Of a stretch of DNA of 64,000 nucleotides, positions 53,559 to 62,997 are shown one piece after another. Numbering within the stretch: the stretch's first letter is position 1; every line of letters starts with the position of its first letter. The notes beneath the pieces are model-generated. The model had not been told where the DNA came from and ran no database searches. It saw only the letters and a program-made list of their open reading frames with translations. The position numbers and the translations under genes were made by a program. Origin of the DNA: Chloroflexota bacterium. Lineage in GTDB: Bacteria > Chloroflexota > UBA6077 > FW602-bin22 > CADDYW01. The DNA is taken from positions 381 through 64,380 of the forward strand of contig JAJPKB010000642.1 in NCBI GenBank assembly GCA_021323915.1. The letters are read 5' to 3'.

Positions 53559-54416
53559 GTGGACTTTTTCCGTGAGCGTCTTGAAACCCAATCGCCTCTC
53601 TCGTGCTTCGCTCACCGCGGTCGAGCTGTTTTCGCTGGCCTCACCACGGCACTACTGCTCTTTGGCGCCAGTACCGCCCCCGCCTGGGCTGATACCGGCA
53701 CCTACCGCGTCGCGCCGGGTGATACCCTTGGCCAGATCGCTCAGCGTTTCGGCTTCTCCCTCGGCGACCTGATCGCCGCTAATCAGATCACGAATCCGAA
53801 TTTCATCCAAGCTGGCCAGCTCCTCCAACTGCCAACCATGGGTCCAGCCCCGACGCCGGCCCCTCCGGTCAGCCGGAGAACGAACATTCTCCAAGCGCCC
53901 TACTACAGCCAGTTCGACGGCAGCGTCTACGAAGAATCCAACTGTGGCCCGACCGCCCTGGCCATGGCGCTGGGCGCCCTGGGGGTCTCGTCCGATCAGA
54001 TCACCCTCCGTCACCTTGCCGACCGGCAAATGGGGATCGACGATCCGAACGACGGCACCACCTGGGAATCGCTGGCCTACGCCGCCAACGCGATGGGGGT
54101 GAAGACCGCGGCCTACAAAAGAGGGAAACAGTACCTTGTCTGGTCGTTCGACGATCTTGCCCGCCAGTTCAACGCTGGCCACCCGGTGCTACTCCTCGTG
54201 CGCTACCGCACCCTGCCCGGCCACGAGCAAAGCGACTACTGGGGCGATCACTACATCGTCGGCCTCGGCTTCGACACCGACGGCAACCTGATCTACCACG
54301 ACCCCGCCACCCGCGACGGCAGCGGCGCCTACCGGACGATCTCCCGTGCTCGACTCCTCTCCGCCTGGACCAACACCGCCATCGGCTACGTCCGCACTGC
54401 CATGGCGCTGGGCTAA
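53559..54416 (+). CDS. Secreted LysM-domain protein with C39-like (Peptidase_C39_2) cysteine peptidase domain
   Basis: GTG start with GAAGGGAGGAGAAG RBS. Signal AVFAGLTTALLLFGASTAPAWA. LysM domain YRVAPGDTLGQIAQRFGFSLGDLIAANQI..GQLLQLP. C39-like APYYSQFDGSVYEESNCGPTALAMALG with a downstream DHYIVGLGFD His. Confidence 0.8.
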   Translation: MDFFRERLETQSPLSCFAHRGRAVFAGLTTALLLFGASTAPAWADTGTYRVAPGDTLGQIAQRFGFSLGDLIAANQITNPNFIQAGQLLQLPTMGPAPTPAPPVSRRTNILQAPYYSQFDGSVYEESNCGPTALAMALGALGVSSDQITLRHLADRQMGIDDPNDGTTWESLAYAANAMGVKTAAYKRGKQYLVWSFDDLARQFNAGHPVLLLVRYRTLPGHEQSDYWGDHYIVGLGFDTDGNLIYHDPATRDGSGAYRTISRARLLSAWTNTAIGYVRTAMALG

Positions 54417-54562
54417 ATTGGCCTGTTGCTCCCCACGGCAAGGACAAAGCACTGTTGACTCTCGCCAGTCCGGGTGCTATTGTGTGCCCGCGTGTATCTG
54501 TATATAGGTTGGCGTGTACAGCTAGCCGGTAAAGCGAACAAAATCATCAGGAGGTTCACCCG

Positions 54563-55561
54563 GTGGCTTTCAAGGTCGTGACAACCGGATTTTTCGGCCG
54601 ACCGGTCGATAACCGGTATGAGAACGAAGGGCTCCAGAAAATCGGCACCTCGGTCCAGGTCGTCGAAGCGAGCAACGAAGACGAGTACATTGCCCAGGTC
54701 AAGGACGCCGACGCCATTCTTGCCGGACGTTTCGCGGTGAATGAGCGGGTGATCAACGCGCTCGAAAAGTGCAAGGTCATCGCAACTGCTGGCGTCGGCG
54801 TCGACCGGATCGACGTCGACGCGGCGACCGCCCGAAACATCGTCGTGGTGAACGTGCCGGATGTCTTCATCGAGGAAGTCTCGGTCCACGCGATGATGCT
54901 CATCCTCTGCTGCGCCAAAAAGACGATTCCCCTCGACCGCGCCGTCCGCGAGAATCGCTGGCGCGATAGCCGCAAGTACATGTCACCGATGCCGCGCGTC
55001 GTCGGCGATACACTCGGCCTAGTCGCCTTCGGCAACATTCCGCGCCTGGTCGCCAAGAAGGCGAAGGGCTTCGACATGAAGGTCATCGCCTGGGATCCGT
55101 TCGTTGCCGATGAGGTTTTCCAGCAGCACGGCGTCGAGCGAGTCGCCAATCTGATCGACGTCTTTCGACGCAGTGACTTCGTTTCGGCCCACCTGCCGCT
55201 AAACGCGAAAACCAGGGGCCTGCTCAATTACGAGTACTTCAGCGCGATGAAGCCAACCGCCTACTTCATCAACACCGGCCGCGGCCCGACCCACGTCGAA
55301 GCCGACCTGATCCGTGCCCTGCAGGAAAAGAAGCTGGCCGGCGCTGGGCTCGACGTCATGGAGGTCGAACCCACCCCGCCAGACAGCCCACTGCACACGA
55401 TGGATAACGTCGTGCTGACGCCACACAGCGCCTCGGTCTCCGACTGGTCCGACGTCGAGCGTCGCCGCCGGGTCGGCAACGAAATCGCCGCCGTCCTCCA
55501 AGGCCGCATGCCGCTGAACGTCGTCAACCGCGAAGTGCTCGAAAAGGTCAAGCTGTCGTAG
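54563..55561 (+). CDS. D-isomer-specific 2-hydroxyacid dehydrogenase (CtBP/PGDH-like)
   Basis: GLVAFGNIPRLVA (NAD fold), NTGRGP, LDVMEVEP and TPHSAS motifs. GTG start with AGGAGG. Confidence 0.85.
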   Translation: MAFKVVTTGFFGRPVDNRYENEGLQKIGTSVQVVEASNEDEYIAQVKDADAILAGRFAVNERVINALEKCKVIATAGVGVDRIDVDAATARNIVVVNVPDVFIEEVSVHAMMLILCCAKKTIPLDRAVRENRWRDSRKYMSPMPRVVGDTLGLVAFGNIPRLVAKKAKGFDMKVIAWDPFVADEVFQQHGVERVANLIDVFRRSDFVSAHLPLNAKTRGLLNYEYFSAMKPTAYFINTGRGPTHVEADLIRALQEKKLAGAGLDVMEVEPTPPDSPLHTMDNVVLTPHSASVSDWSDVERRRRVGNEIAAVLQGRMPLNVVNREVLEKVKLS

Positions 55562-55624
55562 GAGTCAGGAGTCGAGGGGACGGGGACGGTTCCCCGACTC
55601 CCAACAAAATAACCGGGGGTTGCC

Positions 55625-57301
55625 ATGCAAGGCACGGACGCAGTTGCTCGGATCTTGAAGCTCGAAGGGGTGGAGTACCTCTTCTCCTATCCGAATAACC
55701 CCCTGATCGACGCCGCCGCCCAGGTCGGTATCCGACCGATCATCTGCCGGGGCGAGAAGACGTTGATCAACGTGGCTGACGGTTACACCCGGGCGACTAA
55801 CGCTCAGCGGCCAACGGTCGTCGTCGTCCAGGCCGGTCCGGGCATCGAGAACGCCTTCGGCGCGCTCGCTCAGGCTTTCTCCGATTCGATCCCGATCCTG
55901 ATCATTCCGGGCGGACCCGACCAGCGCCGCCTCGGCGAGCCGCCAGAGTTCGACCCGCTGCCGGTCTACCGCAACGTCACCAAATGGGCCGGTCGGATCA
56001 ACTTCACCGATCGCATCCCAGAGCTGACCCGCCGGGCCTTTGCCCAGCTCCGCAACGGCAAGCCCGCACCGGTGTTGCTCGAGTTGCCACGCGACGTTGG
56101 CGCCGGTGAAGTCGACGAGTCCACCTTCCGTTACACGCCCACGCGCACCTATCGCTCGGCAGGCGATCCGGCCGACGTTGCCGAGGCGGCGCGCCTCCTC
56201 CTGGAAGCCAAGCGACCGGTCCTCCACGCCGGTCACGGCGTGCTCTGGGCCCGGGCCTGGGATGAGCTCCGTGAGCTCGCCGAGCTGGTCCAGGCGCCGG
56301 TCGTGACGACCATGGCTGCCAAGAGCGCTTTCCCGGAGAATCACCCGCTCGCTCTCGGCACCGCCGCCAACACCATCTCCCGGCCCGCGGCCCAGTTCCT
56401 AGTCAAGGCCGACCTGGTCTTCGGCATTGGCTGCAGCTTCAGCAAGGGTGGCTTCTCGGCAGCGATCCCCGCCGGCAAGCGGATGGTCCAGATCACTCTT
56501 GACGCCCGTGACGTCGACAAGGACTACCCGATCGATCACGCGGTGATCGGTGACGCCAAGCTCATCCTGCGCCAGCTCATCGACGAGATCAAGCGGCAGG
56601 TAGGCACGGCGCGCAATGTCGACGGCGTCGCTTCCGAGATTCGCGAGGTCCGGGAAGCCTCGCTCCGCCAGTGGCTGCCCCGGCTGACCTCCAACGAGAC
56701 GCCGCTCAACCCCTACCGGGTGATCTGGGATCTCATGCGAACGGTCGACCGACAGAATACGATTGTCACTCACGATTCCGGCAACCCGCGCGACCAGATG
56801 CTGACCACCTTCGAAGCGCTCACCCCGCGCGGCTACCTTGGCTGGGGCAAGTCGACCCAGCTCGGGACCGGCTACGGCATCGCCCTGGGCGCCAAACTCG
56901 CCTTCCCGGACAAGCTGGTCGTCAACGTCATGGGCGATCTCGCCTTCGGGACGATCGGCATGGAGGTCGAGACGGCGGTGCGTGAGCGCATCCCGATCTT
57001 GACCGTCATCTTGAACAACTCGTGCATGGGCGGCTACGGCCACCACATGCCCACCGCCAGCGAGCGCTACCACGCCAATCGCCTCTCCGGTGACTACGCC
57101 ACCGTGGCGAAGGGCCTTGGCGCCCACGCTGAACGGATCGAGCAGCCGGGCGACGTCGTCGCGGCCATCCAGCGTGGCATCGCCGCCACGCGCGACGGCC
57201 GCCCCACCGTGCTCGAGATGATCACCAAAGAGGAGCCCATCTATCCCACCACCCGCAACGTGATCCAAGAAGTCGCGCAAGCGGTGCTGGCGAAGGCATA
57301 G
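55625..57301 (+). CDS. Thiamine-diphosphate-dependent enzyme (acetolactate synthase/sulfoacetaldehyde acetyltransferase-like)
   Basis: N-terminal GTDAVARILKLEGVEYLFSYP and ThDP-binding motif GDLAFGTIGMEVETAV..ILNN. Confidence 0.85.
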   Translation: MQGTDAVARILKLEGVEYLFSYPNNPLIDAAAQVGIRPIICRGEKTLINVADGYTRATNAQRPTVVVVQAGPGIENAFGALAQAFSDSIPILIIPGGPDQRRLGEPPEFDPLPVYRNVTKWAGRINFTDRIPELTRRAFAQLRNGKPAPVLLELPRDVGAGEVDESTFRYTPTRTYRSAGDPADVAEAARLLLEAKRPVLHAGHGVLWARAWDELRELAELVQAPVVTTMAAKSAFPENHPLALGTAANTISRPAAQFLVKADLVFGIGCSFSKGGFSAAIPAGKRMVQITLDARDVDKDYPIDHAVIGDAKLILRQLIDEIKRQVGTARNVDGVASEIREVREASLRQWLPRLTSNETPLNPYRVIWDLMRTVDRQNTIVTHDSGNPRDQMLTTFEALTPRGYLGWGKSTQLGTGYGIALGAKLAFPDKLVVNVMGDLAFGTIGMEVETAVRERIPILTVILNNSCMGGYGHHMPTASERYHANRLSGDYATVAKGLGAHAERIEQPGDVVAAIQRGIAATRDGRPTVLEMITKEEPIYPTTRNVIQEVAQAVLAKA

Positions 57302-57306
57302 AGATT

Positions 57307-58314
57307 ATGACAACTACCATGACCAAACGCGAGCGCGTCCTCGCCGCCGTCGCCGGGGCCGAGGTCGATCGCGTTCCGATCAGCTTCTGGGTCCACAACT
57401 TTGCCCGCGAGAACACTGCCCAGGATCTGGCCGACGAAACCGCGCACTTCGTCCGCACCTACGACTGGGATTTCGTGAAAGTCCAGTCGCGCGCCAGCTA
57501 CTTTACCGAGGGTTGGGGCAATCACTACCAATTCTCGAGTGAGCCGACCGTTGGGCCAAAGCTCGTCGCCCACGGCTGTGCGACGGTAGCTGACCTCGCT
57601 CGCCTGGCGCCCCTCTCAGTCGATCACCCGATCTTCGTCGAGCAGCAGCAAGCGCTTCGCCTGACCCGCCAGGCGCTCGGACCGGACGTCCCGATCATCT
57701 GGACGATCTTCTGTCCGCTCACCATCGCCGCCGCCTTGCTGCCCGGCGGCCCTCCCGCGATCCAGGCAGCGCTGCGCTCCGACCCGTCGGCACTGCTGAC
57801 CGGGCTGGACGTCATCACGACGACCTACGCCGCGCTCGGCCAACGCTACCTCGAGCTCGGTGCCGACGGCATTTTCTACGCGAGCAAGTGGGTCGGCCCG
57901 CGCATGCTCAGCCGCGACGAACATGAGCGTTTCGCCCGGCCCTTCGACCGTCGGATTCTCGAGACGGTCCGCAGTGCGCCGTTCAACGTCCTTCACCTCT
58001 GTGGCGAGGAGATCTACTTCCGCGACTTCGAAGACTATCCTGCCGCCGCGGTAAACTGGGCCCTTGGCGAGGGCAATCCCTCCGTCGCCCAAGCGCGAGA
58101 GATGACCGACAAAGCCCTCCTCGTCGGCGTCAGCCCCAAGCCCGAATTCGCTCAGCTCACGCCCGCGCAGGTCGCCAACCAGGTTATCGCCGCCCTTACC
58201 GCCACTGGCGGCCGCCACTGCCTGATTGGCCCCGGCTGTTCGGTCAACCCCGGCTCACCCCCGGCGAACTACCTCGCCGCCCGCGATACCGTACGGGGCG
58301 CTTGGCGGAAATGA
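57307..58314 (+). CDS. Uroporphyrinogen decarboxylase (URO-D) family protein
   Basis: KRERVLAAVAGAEVDRVPISFW is a typical URO-D/MtaA-family N-terminus. 335 aa. It starts 5 nt after the ThDP enzyme gene. Confidence 0.75.
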   Translation: MTTTMTKRERVLAAVAGAEVDRVPISFWVHNFARENTAQDLADETAHFVRTYDWDFVKVQSRASYFTEGWGNHYQFSSEPTVGPKLVAHGCATVADLARLAPLSVDHPIFVEQQQALRLTRQALGPDVPIIWTIFCPLTIAAALLPGGPPAIQAALRSDPSALLTGLDVITTTYAALGQRYLELGADGIFYASKWVGPRMLSRDEHERFARPFDRRILETVRSAPFNVLHLCGEEIYFRDFEDYPAAAVNWALGEGNPSVAQAREMTDKALLVGVSPKPEFAQLTPAQVANQVIAALTATGGRHCLIGPGCSVNPGSPPANYLAARDTVRGAWRK

Positions 58315-58510
58315 GTGTGCTCGGCTCTTTCCTTTTCCCGCATCAGGGCGATGTCTGCTCCTAGTCTTCAGGCTAGAGAGCAGGCATAGCCCAAACGGGA
58401 CAGGACCTTTGTTTATCTCCTCACTGATCCAAAGTTGACGATATTGTTTTATGATGAACTCAACGTCGGACGCGGACATGGTCATGGGGGCCAGTGTGGA
58501 GAAATAGGCG

Positions 58511-58837
58511 ATGGACGCCAACGTTTGTCAATACTGTGGTCAGCAATCGATCGCTGACGAAGTCTACTGCACGAAGTGCGGGCGACGCCTGGGCCCCGAG
58601 CCCCCCAGCTCGCTCGATGTGCTGCGACCGCGTGCTTCGGTGCGTGTCCTCGTTGTCACTGGAATCGACTTCGTACGCCGCCTCGTCGGCCTCGTCTTCT
58701 TCCTGGGCATGATCTGGCTCTGGTACCGCGTGGTCACCCTAATGAACTGGGACGTCGTCAGCCTGGTCGAGGGCAATCCCTACGGTGTCGGTCTGCTCCT
58801 CCTGCTCACCGCGATCGCCTACTGGCTTAGTCGTTAG
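58511..58837 (+). CDS. Zinc-ribbon membrane protein
   Basis: CQYCGQQ..YCTKCG zinc ribbon followed by two TM helices. GGAGAAATAGGCG RBS. Confidence 0.6.
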   Translation: MDANVCQYCGQQSIADEVYCTKCGRRLGPEPPSSLDVLRPRASVRVLVVTGIDFVRRLVGLVFFLGMIWLWYRVVTLMNWDVVSLVEGNPYGVGLLLLLTAIAYWLSR

Positions 58838-59091
58838 CTGAACGCGGCCGCGCTAGCCATCGACAGAAGTCCTGATCGGGGGCTTCGCAAAAGTACTAGG
58901 CAGTTTTGACCCAATGTACTATTGAGGCATGATCGTGAGCGCCCTATCCTAAGATCAGGTTAAACAAGTTGGTCATCGCTCCACAATGAGCGACTTCCGA
59001 TGAGGCTGGATACTAACAATCGCTTTTACGTCGGGTAGGAATTTGGTGGTCGCCTGGCGACGCCAAAAGCTCGTTCGAGAGAGGGAAAATC

Positions 59092-59298
59092 ATGTATCTT
59101 CCGATCTGGATCGCGATTCCCGCGTTGTTTACGCTTTTTTCGACCGTGCTCACCACGATGATCGCGGTCACCCTCTGTGTCACCAGATCGGACGAGTCCG
59201 GCGCCGGCAACCGCCAAGGCGCTATCGCGGCTTCGCGGGCGATCCAAGAAGCCCAAGAGATCGTTGCTCGCGTCTGGCAGCCAGCTAAAAGTCCCTAG
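59092..59298 (+). CDS. Small membrane protein, unknown function
   Basis: 68 aa with GAGGGA RBS. N-terminal TM YLPIWIAIPALFTLFSTVLTTMIAVTL. Confidence 0.4.
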   Translation: MYLPIWIAIPALFTLFSTVLTTMIAVTLCVTRSDESGAGNRQGAIAASRAIQEAQEIVARVWQPAKSP

Positions 59299-59520
59299 CC
59301 CCTAACCCCCGATCCCTCGTGAGCCAGACCTTCACCGGCTCAGGGGGAACGGTCCTCCTCAGGCAAAACAAAGGCCGGACGCCAACCCTGTCAGCCTCCG
59401 CCCTTTCAAAGAGGGGTTCGCTCAATTAGTTCTCTCCCCGGTGACATAGAGGTCAGTATCTTCACGGATTGTTCAGCAAAGGCAGTCGGTGTTCACCGGT
59501 CGTTCACGGGAAAGGCGTGA

Positions 59521-59529
59521 TGATATAAT
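59521..59529 (+). promoter_or_regulatory. Orphan extended -10 element TGATATAAT preceded by TTCAC(C)GG direct repeats
   Basis: TATAAT at 59524-59529 with TG at 59521-59522. TTCACGG-type repeats start at 59461, 59492 and 59503, the last two 11 bp apart. No credible + strand CDS lies downstream. Confidence 0.35.
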
Positions 59530-59669
59530 CAGCCAAACGGAACACCGCTACCGACGGCGTCGTCGCTAGGAATGGTCAAAGGCGATCACGGTGTCCGGGT
59601 GGTCCCATCCTCCACCTTACCATTCCCCTTAACCGTGGCCGCCAGGGTTCCAGCCCCCCCGGCGGCCTT

Positions 59670-59682
59670 CCCCCCCCCCCCC
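59670..59682. repeat. C13 homopolymer tract, with a C7 tract at 59654-59660
   Basis: Counted directly. It lies in the 3' flank of the minus-strand I42 inhibitor gene. Confidence 0.9.
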
Positions 59683-59766
59683 ACGGTGGCTTCGCCGCGG
59701 GCCAGAGCGGATGGTCGCTGGGATGCCGCCGACGAATCGCAGAGCGCCGCGCTGGTCCCGGATGAT

Positions 59767-60279
59767 CTATGGCAAGCGCTGGAGATACCCTTGAACGCGA
59801 TCGCCAAGGGTCACCGAGCTAGCCGTCACCGTCAAAGTGAACTGCCAGATTCCCTTTTCTCCCCCTGTCCACGGCCGGCTATAGTCGAGCGATACCGTGC
59901 TCGTGCCAGGTTGGAGTACTTGAAATGTCCAGATCTCTTTGACCGATGCTCCCGGCAGATTGGTGCCCGACGCCTCGACCTGGTGATCGATCTGCTGGAG
60001 GATCCGCGCGTCCGCGATCTTCACCGGTCCCCATCGGTAACCGGTGCTTGGATTCGCGCAAAGGGTCAAAGTGATTGGAGTCCCCACCGGGACAGCGATC
60101 TTCCTGGCGATGCGCGAGGCCGCCAGTGACGCATCGAAAGCCCTGGCGAAGTCGTCGCAGGAAACCTCCACCGCGACTGGCTGCGGACCGGGCGCACCGC
60201 AACCGAGCATCAGCGTGGCAAAGTTGACATTGGCACTCAGCGCGAACGTGATTCGATTCATTTGTTGCTTCTTTCCCAT
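59767..60279 (-). CDS. Chagasin/ICP-family (I42) cysteine-peptidase inhibitor lipoprotein
   Basis: Lipobox ATLMLGCG and the NPSTGYRW motif, with a beta-rich ~110-aa inhibitor domain. Confidence 0.75.
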   Translation of the reverse strand: MGKKQQMNRITFALSANVNFATLMLGCGAPGPQPVAVEVSCDDFARAFDASLAASRIARKIAVPVGTPITLTLCANPSTGYRWGPVKIADARILQQIDHQVEASGTNLPGASVKEIWTFQVLQPGTSTVSLDYSRPWTGGEKGIWQFTLTVTASSVTLGDRVQGYLQRLP

Positions 60280-60432
60280 ACGTTTGCGGAGGATGGCCCG
60301 ACTGTCTCGGATCCACCTAACTAGTCTATCAGGTCAGACAGCGCATCTGCCTGGTCTGTTGGCACGACCTCTCAGAGCGCCCGATTACCGGGCCGCACCT
60401 GGGGTAGGGAACGGAGAGTTATCCGGTGAGTG

Positions 60433-60461
60433 TTGACATTCAGTTAGTCGAAGAGTACAAT
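60433..60461 (+). promoter_or_regulatory. Near-consensus sigma-70 promoter TTGACA-17 nt-TACAAT of the GntR-family gene
   Basis: Hexamers at 60433-60438 and 60456-60461. Confidence 0.6.
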
Positions 60462-60479
60462 GCACCCAGCTAGTCATAC

Positions 60480-60490
60480 TGGTCTGACCA
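60480..60490 (+). promoter_or_regulatory. GntR-type operator candidate TGGTCTGACCA
   Basis: GGTC-N-GACC palindrome about 20 nt downstream of the -10. Related half-sites AGGTCAGAC and TGGTCTG lie at about 60333-60360. Confidence 0.4.
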
Positions 60491-60504
60491 CTCGCTGGAT
60501 ACGC

Positions 60505-61293
60505 ATGTTGTCGATGATGGAATCAGTTCACCTCGCGGAGCCCAGACGCGGTCGTGCTGCTGAAGGATTAGTTGAGGACTTAGTCAGCTTGATCCTTGAA
60601 GAAGGACTGAAGCCAGGCGATAAGATGCCCTCGGAGCGTCAGCTCATGGCCCGTCTCAAAGTCGGCCGCTCGACGATTCGTGAAGCGATGAAGGCCTTGA
60701 GTTCGGTTGGAATCGTCGAAGTTGTCGTTGGCTCAGGAACGTTTGTCGCGGATGGGGCCACCGCGTTGCTGACACGACCATTGTCCTGGGGTCTCCTGAT
60801 GAGTGCCCAGAGCATCTACGAGGTTCTGGAGGCCCGACGCGTCGTCGAGGTCGCACTCGCGGAGCTCGCCGCGCAGCGCGGAACCGATCAGGAACTCGTC
60901 GAAATCGGCAACTGCCTCGCCTTAATGCAAGCCAATCTGGAGAACGTCGAAGTCTTCGCACGCTATGACGTCGAGTTTCATCGGGCAATTGCCCGAGCAG
61001 CCCACAATCAGGTTCTCTATCGCGTGATTGACACCCTTCGTCATGCATTCCACTCCTGGACTATCCAGGTCTATTCACGGGTTGAGGATAAGGACTGGCT
61101 GATTGCCGAGCACGAACCGATCTACCAAGCGATTCGGAGCCGGGACGCGGCGGCAGCGCGTGAGGCCATGCTCGTCCACTTGGAGCATGGCTTCGGCTGG
61201 TGGCGCGACTCGGTCCAGCACCCCAATCCAATCGGTGGTGAGGAGGGAGACGGAATTTCAGATAGTGTCCCCGGTACAGTCTTGCGAGGATAA
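60505..61293 (+). CDS. GntR/FadR-family transcriptional regulator
   Basis: Winged HTH MPSERQLMARLKVGRSTIREAMKALSSVGIVEV plus an FCD-type helical C-terminal domain. Start is uncertain (60505, 60514 or 60517). Confidence 0.85.
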   Translation: MLSMMESVHLAEPRRGRAAEGLVEDLVSLILEEGLKPGDKMPSERQLMARLKVGRSTIREAMKALSSVGIVEVVVGSGTFVADGATALLTRPLSWGLLMSAQSIYEVLEARRVVEVALAELAAQRGTDQELVEIGNCLALMQANLENVEVFARYDVEFHRAIARAAHNQVLYRVIDTLRHAFHSWTIQVYSRVEDKDWLIAEHEPIYQAIRSRDAAAAREAMLVHLEHGFGWWRDSVQHPNPIGGEEGDGISDSVPGTVLRG

Positions 61294-61400
61294 CGAGAGC
61301 CCGAACACCCGACGGGGACCGGGACTCGGGATGCGGCTGCGTCCGCGGAACGAAAGCCTCGCGTAAGCGCAAATATGTGAGTTCACTAGCGAGGGGAGAA

Positions 61401-62914
61401 ATGATGAGAGGAAAGGTGTCTTCGCGTCGGTGGTTCTTGGGAATGACGGCTTTGACGGCCGGTGCGCTCCTCGCCGCCTGTAGCCAGACCGCCGCGCCGA
61501 GCGCGCCGACCACGGCGCCCGCGTCCAGCGCAAGCTCAGCAACTTCGGCGGCGCCGCCGCAAGCGAGCGCGCCAAAGCCGACGCAGGCCAGCAGCCCCGC
61601 CGCCACCGCCGCGCCAACTCAGGTGAGCAGCAGTAGCGCCACCACTGCCTCCACGCCGGCGAGCGCTCAGCCTGCCGCCACGGTGGCCCCGAATACGACG
61701 GTGACCGGTACCTTCCGCTACGCCATCGACAACCAGACCGAGACTCGCCAGCCCGCGGTCGACCTATTTCTCAAGACCTATTATCCGAATGTGAAGGCGC
61801 AGTTCGAGGTGTCCCCCCAGGGATACTTCGAGAAGCTGCTCTCCCAGATTGCCGCCAAGACCCCGCCGGATCTCGCCTACATTCACGAATCGCAGTTCCT
61901 GAACTTCGCTTCTCAGGGCGCGTTGCAGGCACTGGATCCCTACATGGCCAAGCTACCGCTCATCGGCGGCAACGATAAGTATCCGCTCGATATCCTGAAG
62001 CCGAATAACTGGTACAAGGGTAAGTGGTACACGATGCCACTTGGGGTTGCCACCTACTTCGTTCGCTACAACAAGACGATGTTCCAGAAGGCGGAGTGGC
62101 GCTGCCGACTTCGAGCTGGACCTGGGATGACATGTACAAGGCAGCCGTTGCCCTCACCAACGCGGGGACCAACCCCAAGGTCTGGGGCTGGATCGGCTGG
62201 AATCCAAGCTGGGTCACGGCCGAGTGGCCACTCCTCAAGAGTAACGGCGGCATGTTCTTCAATCAAGATCTCACCCAGTGCATCCTGAACAACGAGGCAG
62301 GGGTCGCGACTCTCGACTACATGCGGAAGACCTGGGTCGACAAGCCACAGGTCTCGCCGACTCCGGCCGCCAAGAACCAGTTGCAGTCGGGCACCACCCA
62401 GCTCTTCGAAAGCGGTTTCGCGGCCATTGACGCTATTCTCTCGCCGAACGTCATTAGCTCGCTGAAACTGATCAACAACAAGTTCGAGATGGACATCGAA
62501 GTGTTCCCGACCGGCCCCAAGGGCTACTTCATCCGGGGCGGTGGGAGCGAGATGTCGATCCCGGTCGGCGCGAAGATGCCGGACATGGCTTGGGAGATGC
62601 TGCGCTTCCTGATCGGCGACGAGCAAGCTAACAAGCTTGTCGCGGACTGGATGGACGGCAACCCGCTGCTGCGCCTGGATTACATTCTCAAGTACAACGT
62701 CCCGGCCGGGCCGCTGCACGACAAGATGTCGACGATTATGACCGACTTCTTCAACCAGAATCACGGCACGACTGTCCAGTACTCGCGCCTCGGGACGTTT
62801 GGGGACATCTGCGCCAGCAACATGGATAAGCTTGCGGCCGGTCAGGTCACGGCGAAACAGTGCGCTGACGCGATCGTGGCTGATGCCAATAAGCAGCTAC
62901 AGCAGACTGGTTAA
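61401..62914 (+). pseudogene. Family-1 solute-binding protein gene interrupted by a -1 frameshift near 62091-62095
   Basis: Leader MMRGKVSSRRWFLGMTALTAGALLAACS. Frame A reads ..NKTMFQKAEWRCRL.. and terminates at 62288. Frame B continues ..GVALPTSSWTWDDMYKAAVALT.. to 62914. Restoring one G in GCGGAGTG (to GCGGGAGTG) joins them as ..FQKAGVALP.. Confidence 0.75.
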
Positions 62915-62997
62915 CTCAACCTGATGGGTGCGGGTGGGCGGCGCTGATTGGGCGTCGCCCACCCGCGCTTTCCGCGCAGGCTGTGAGGAGGGATACA

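Noticed and set aside
59572-60129. 185-aa + strand ORF crossing the poly-C tract.
   Set aside because: Most of it is antisense to the well-supported I42 inhibitor gene. It is Pro/Arg-rich, the SD is poorly placed, and the frame depends on homopolymer length.
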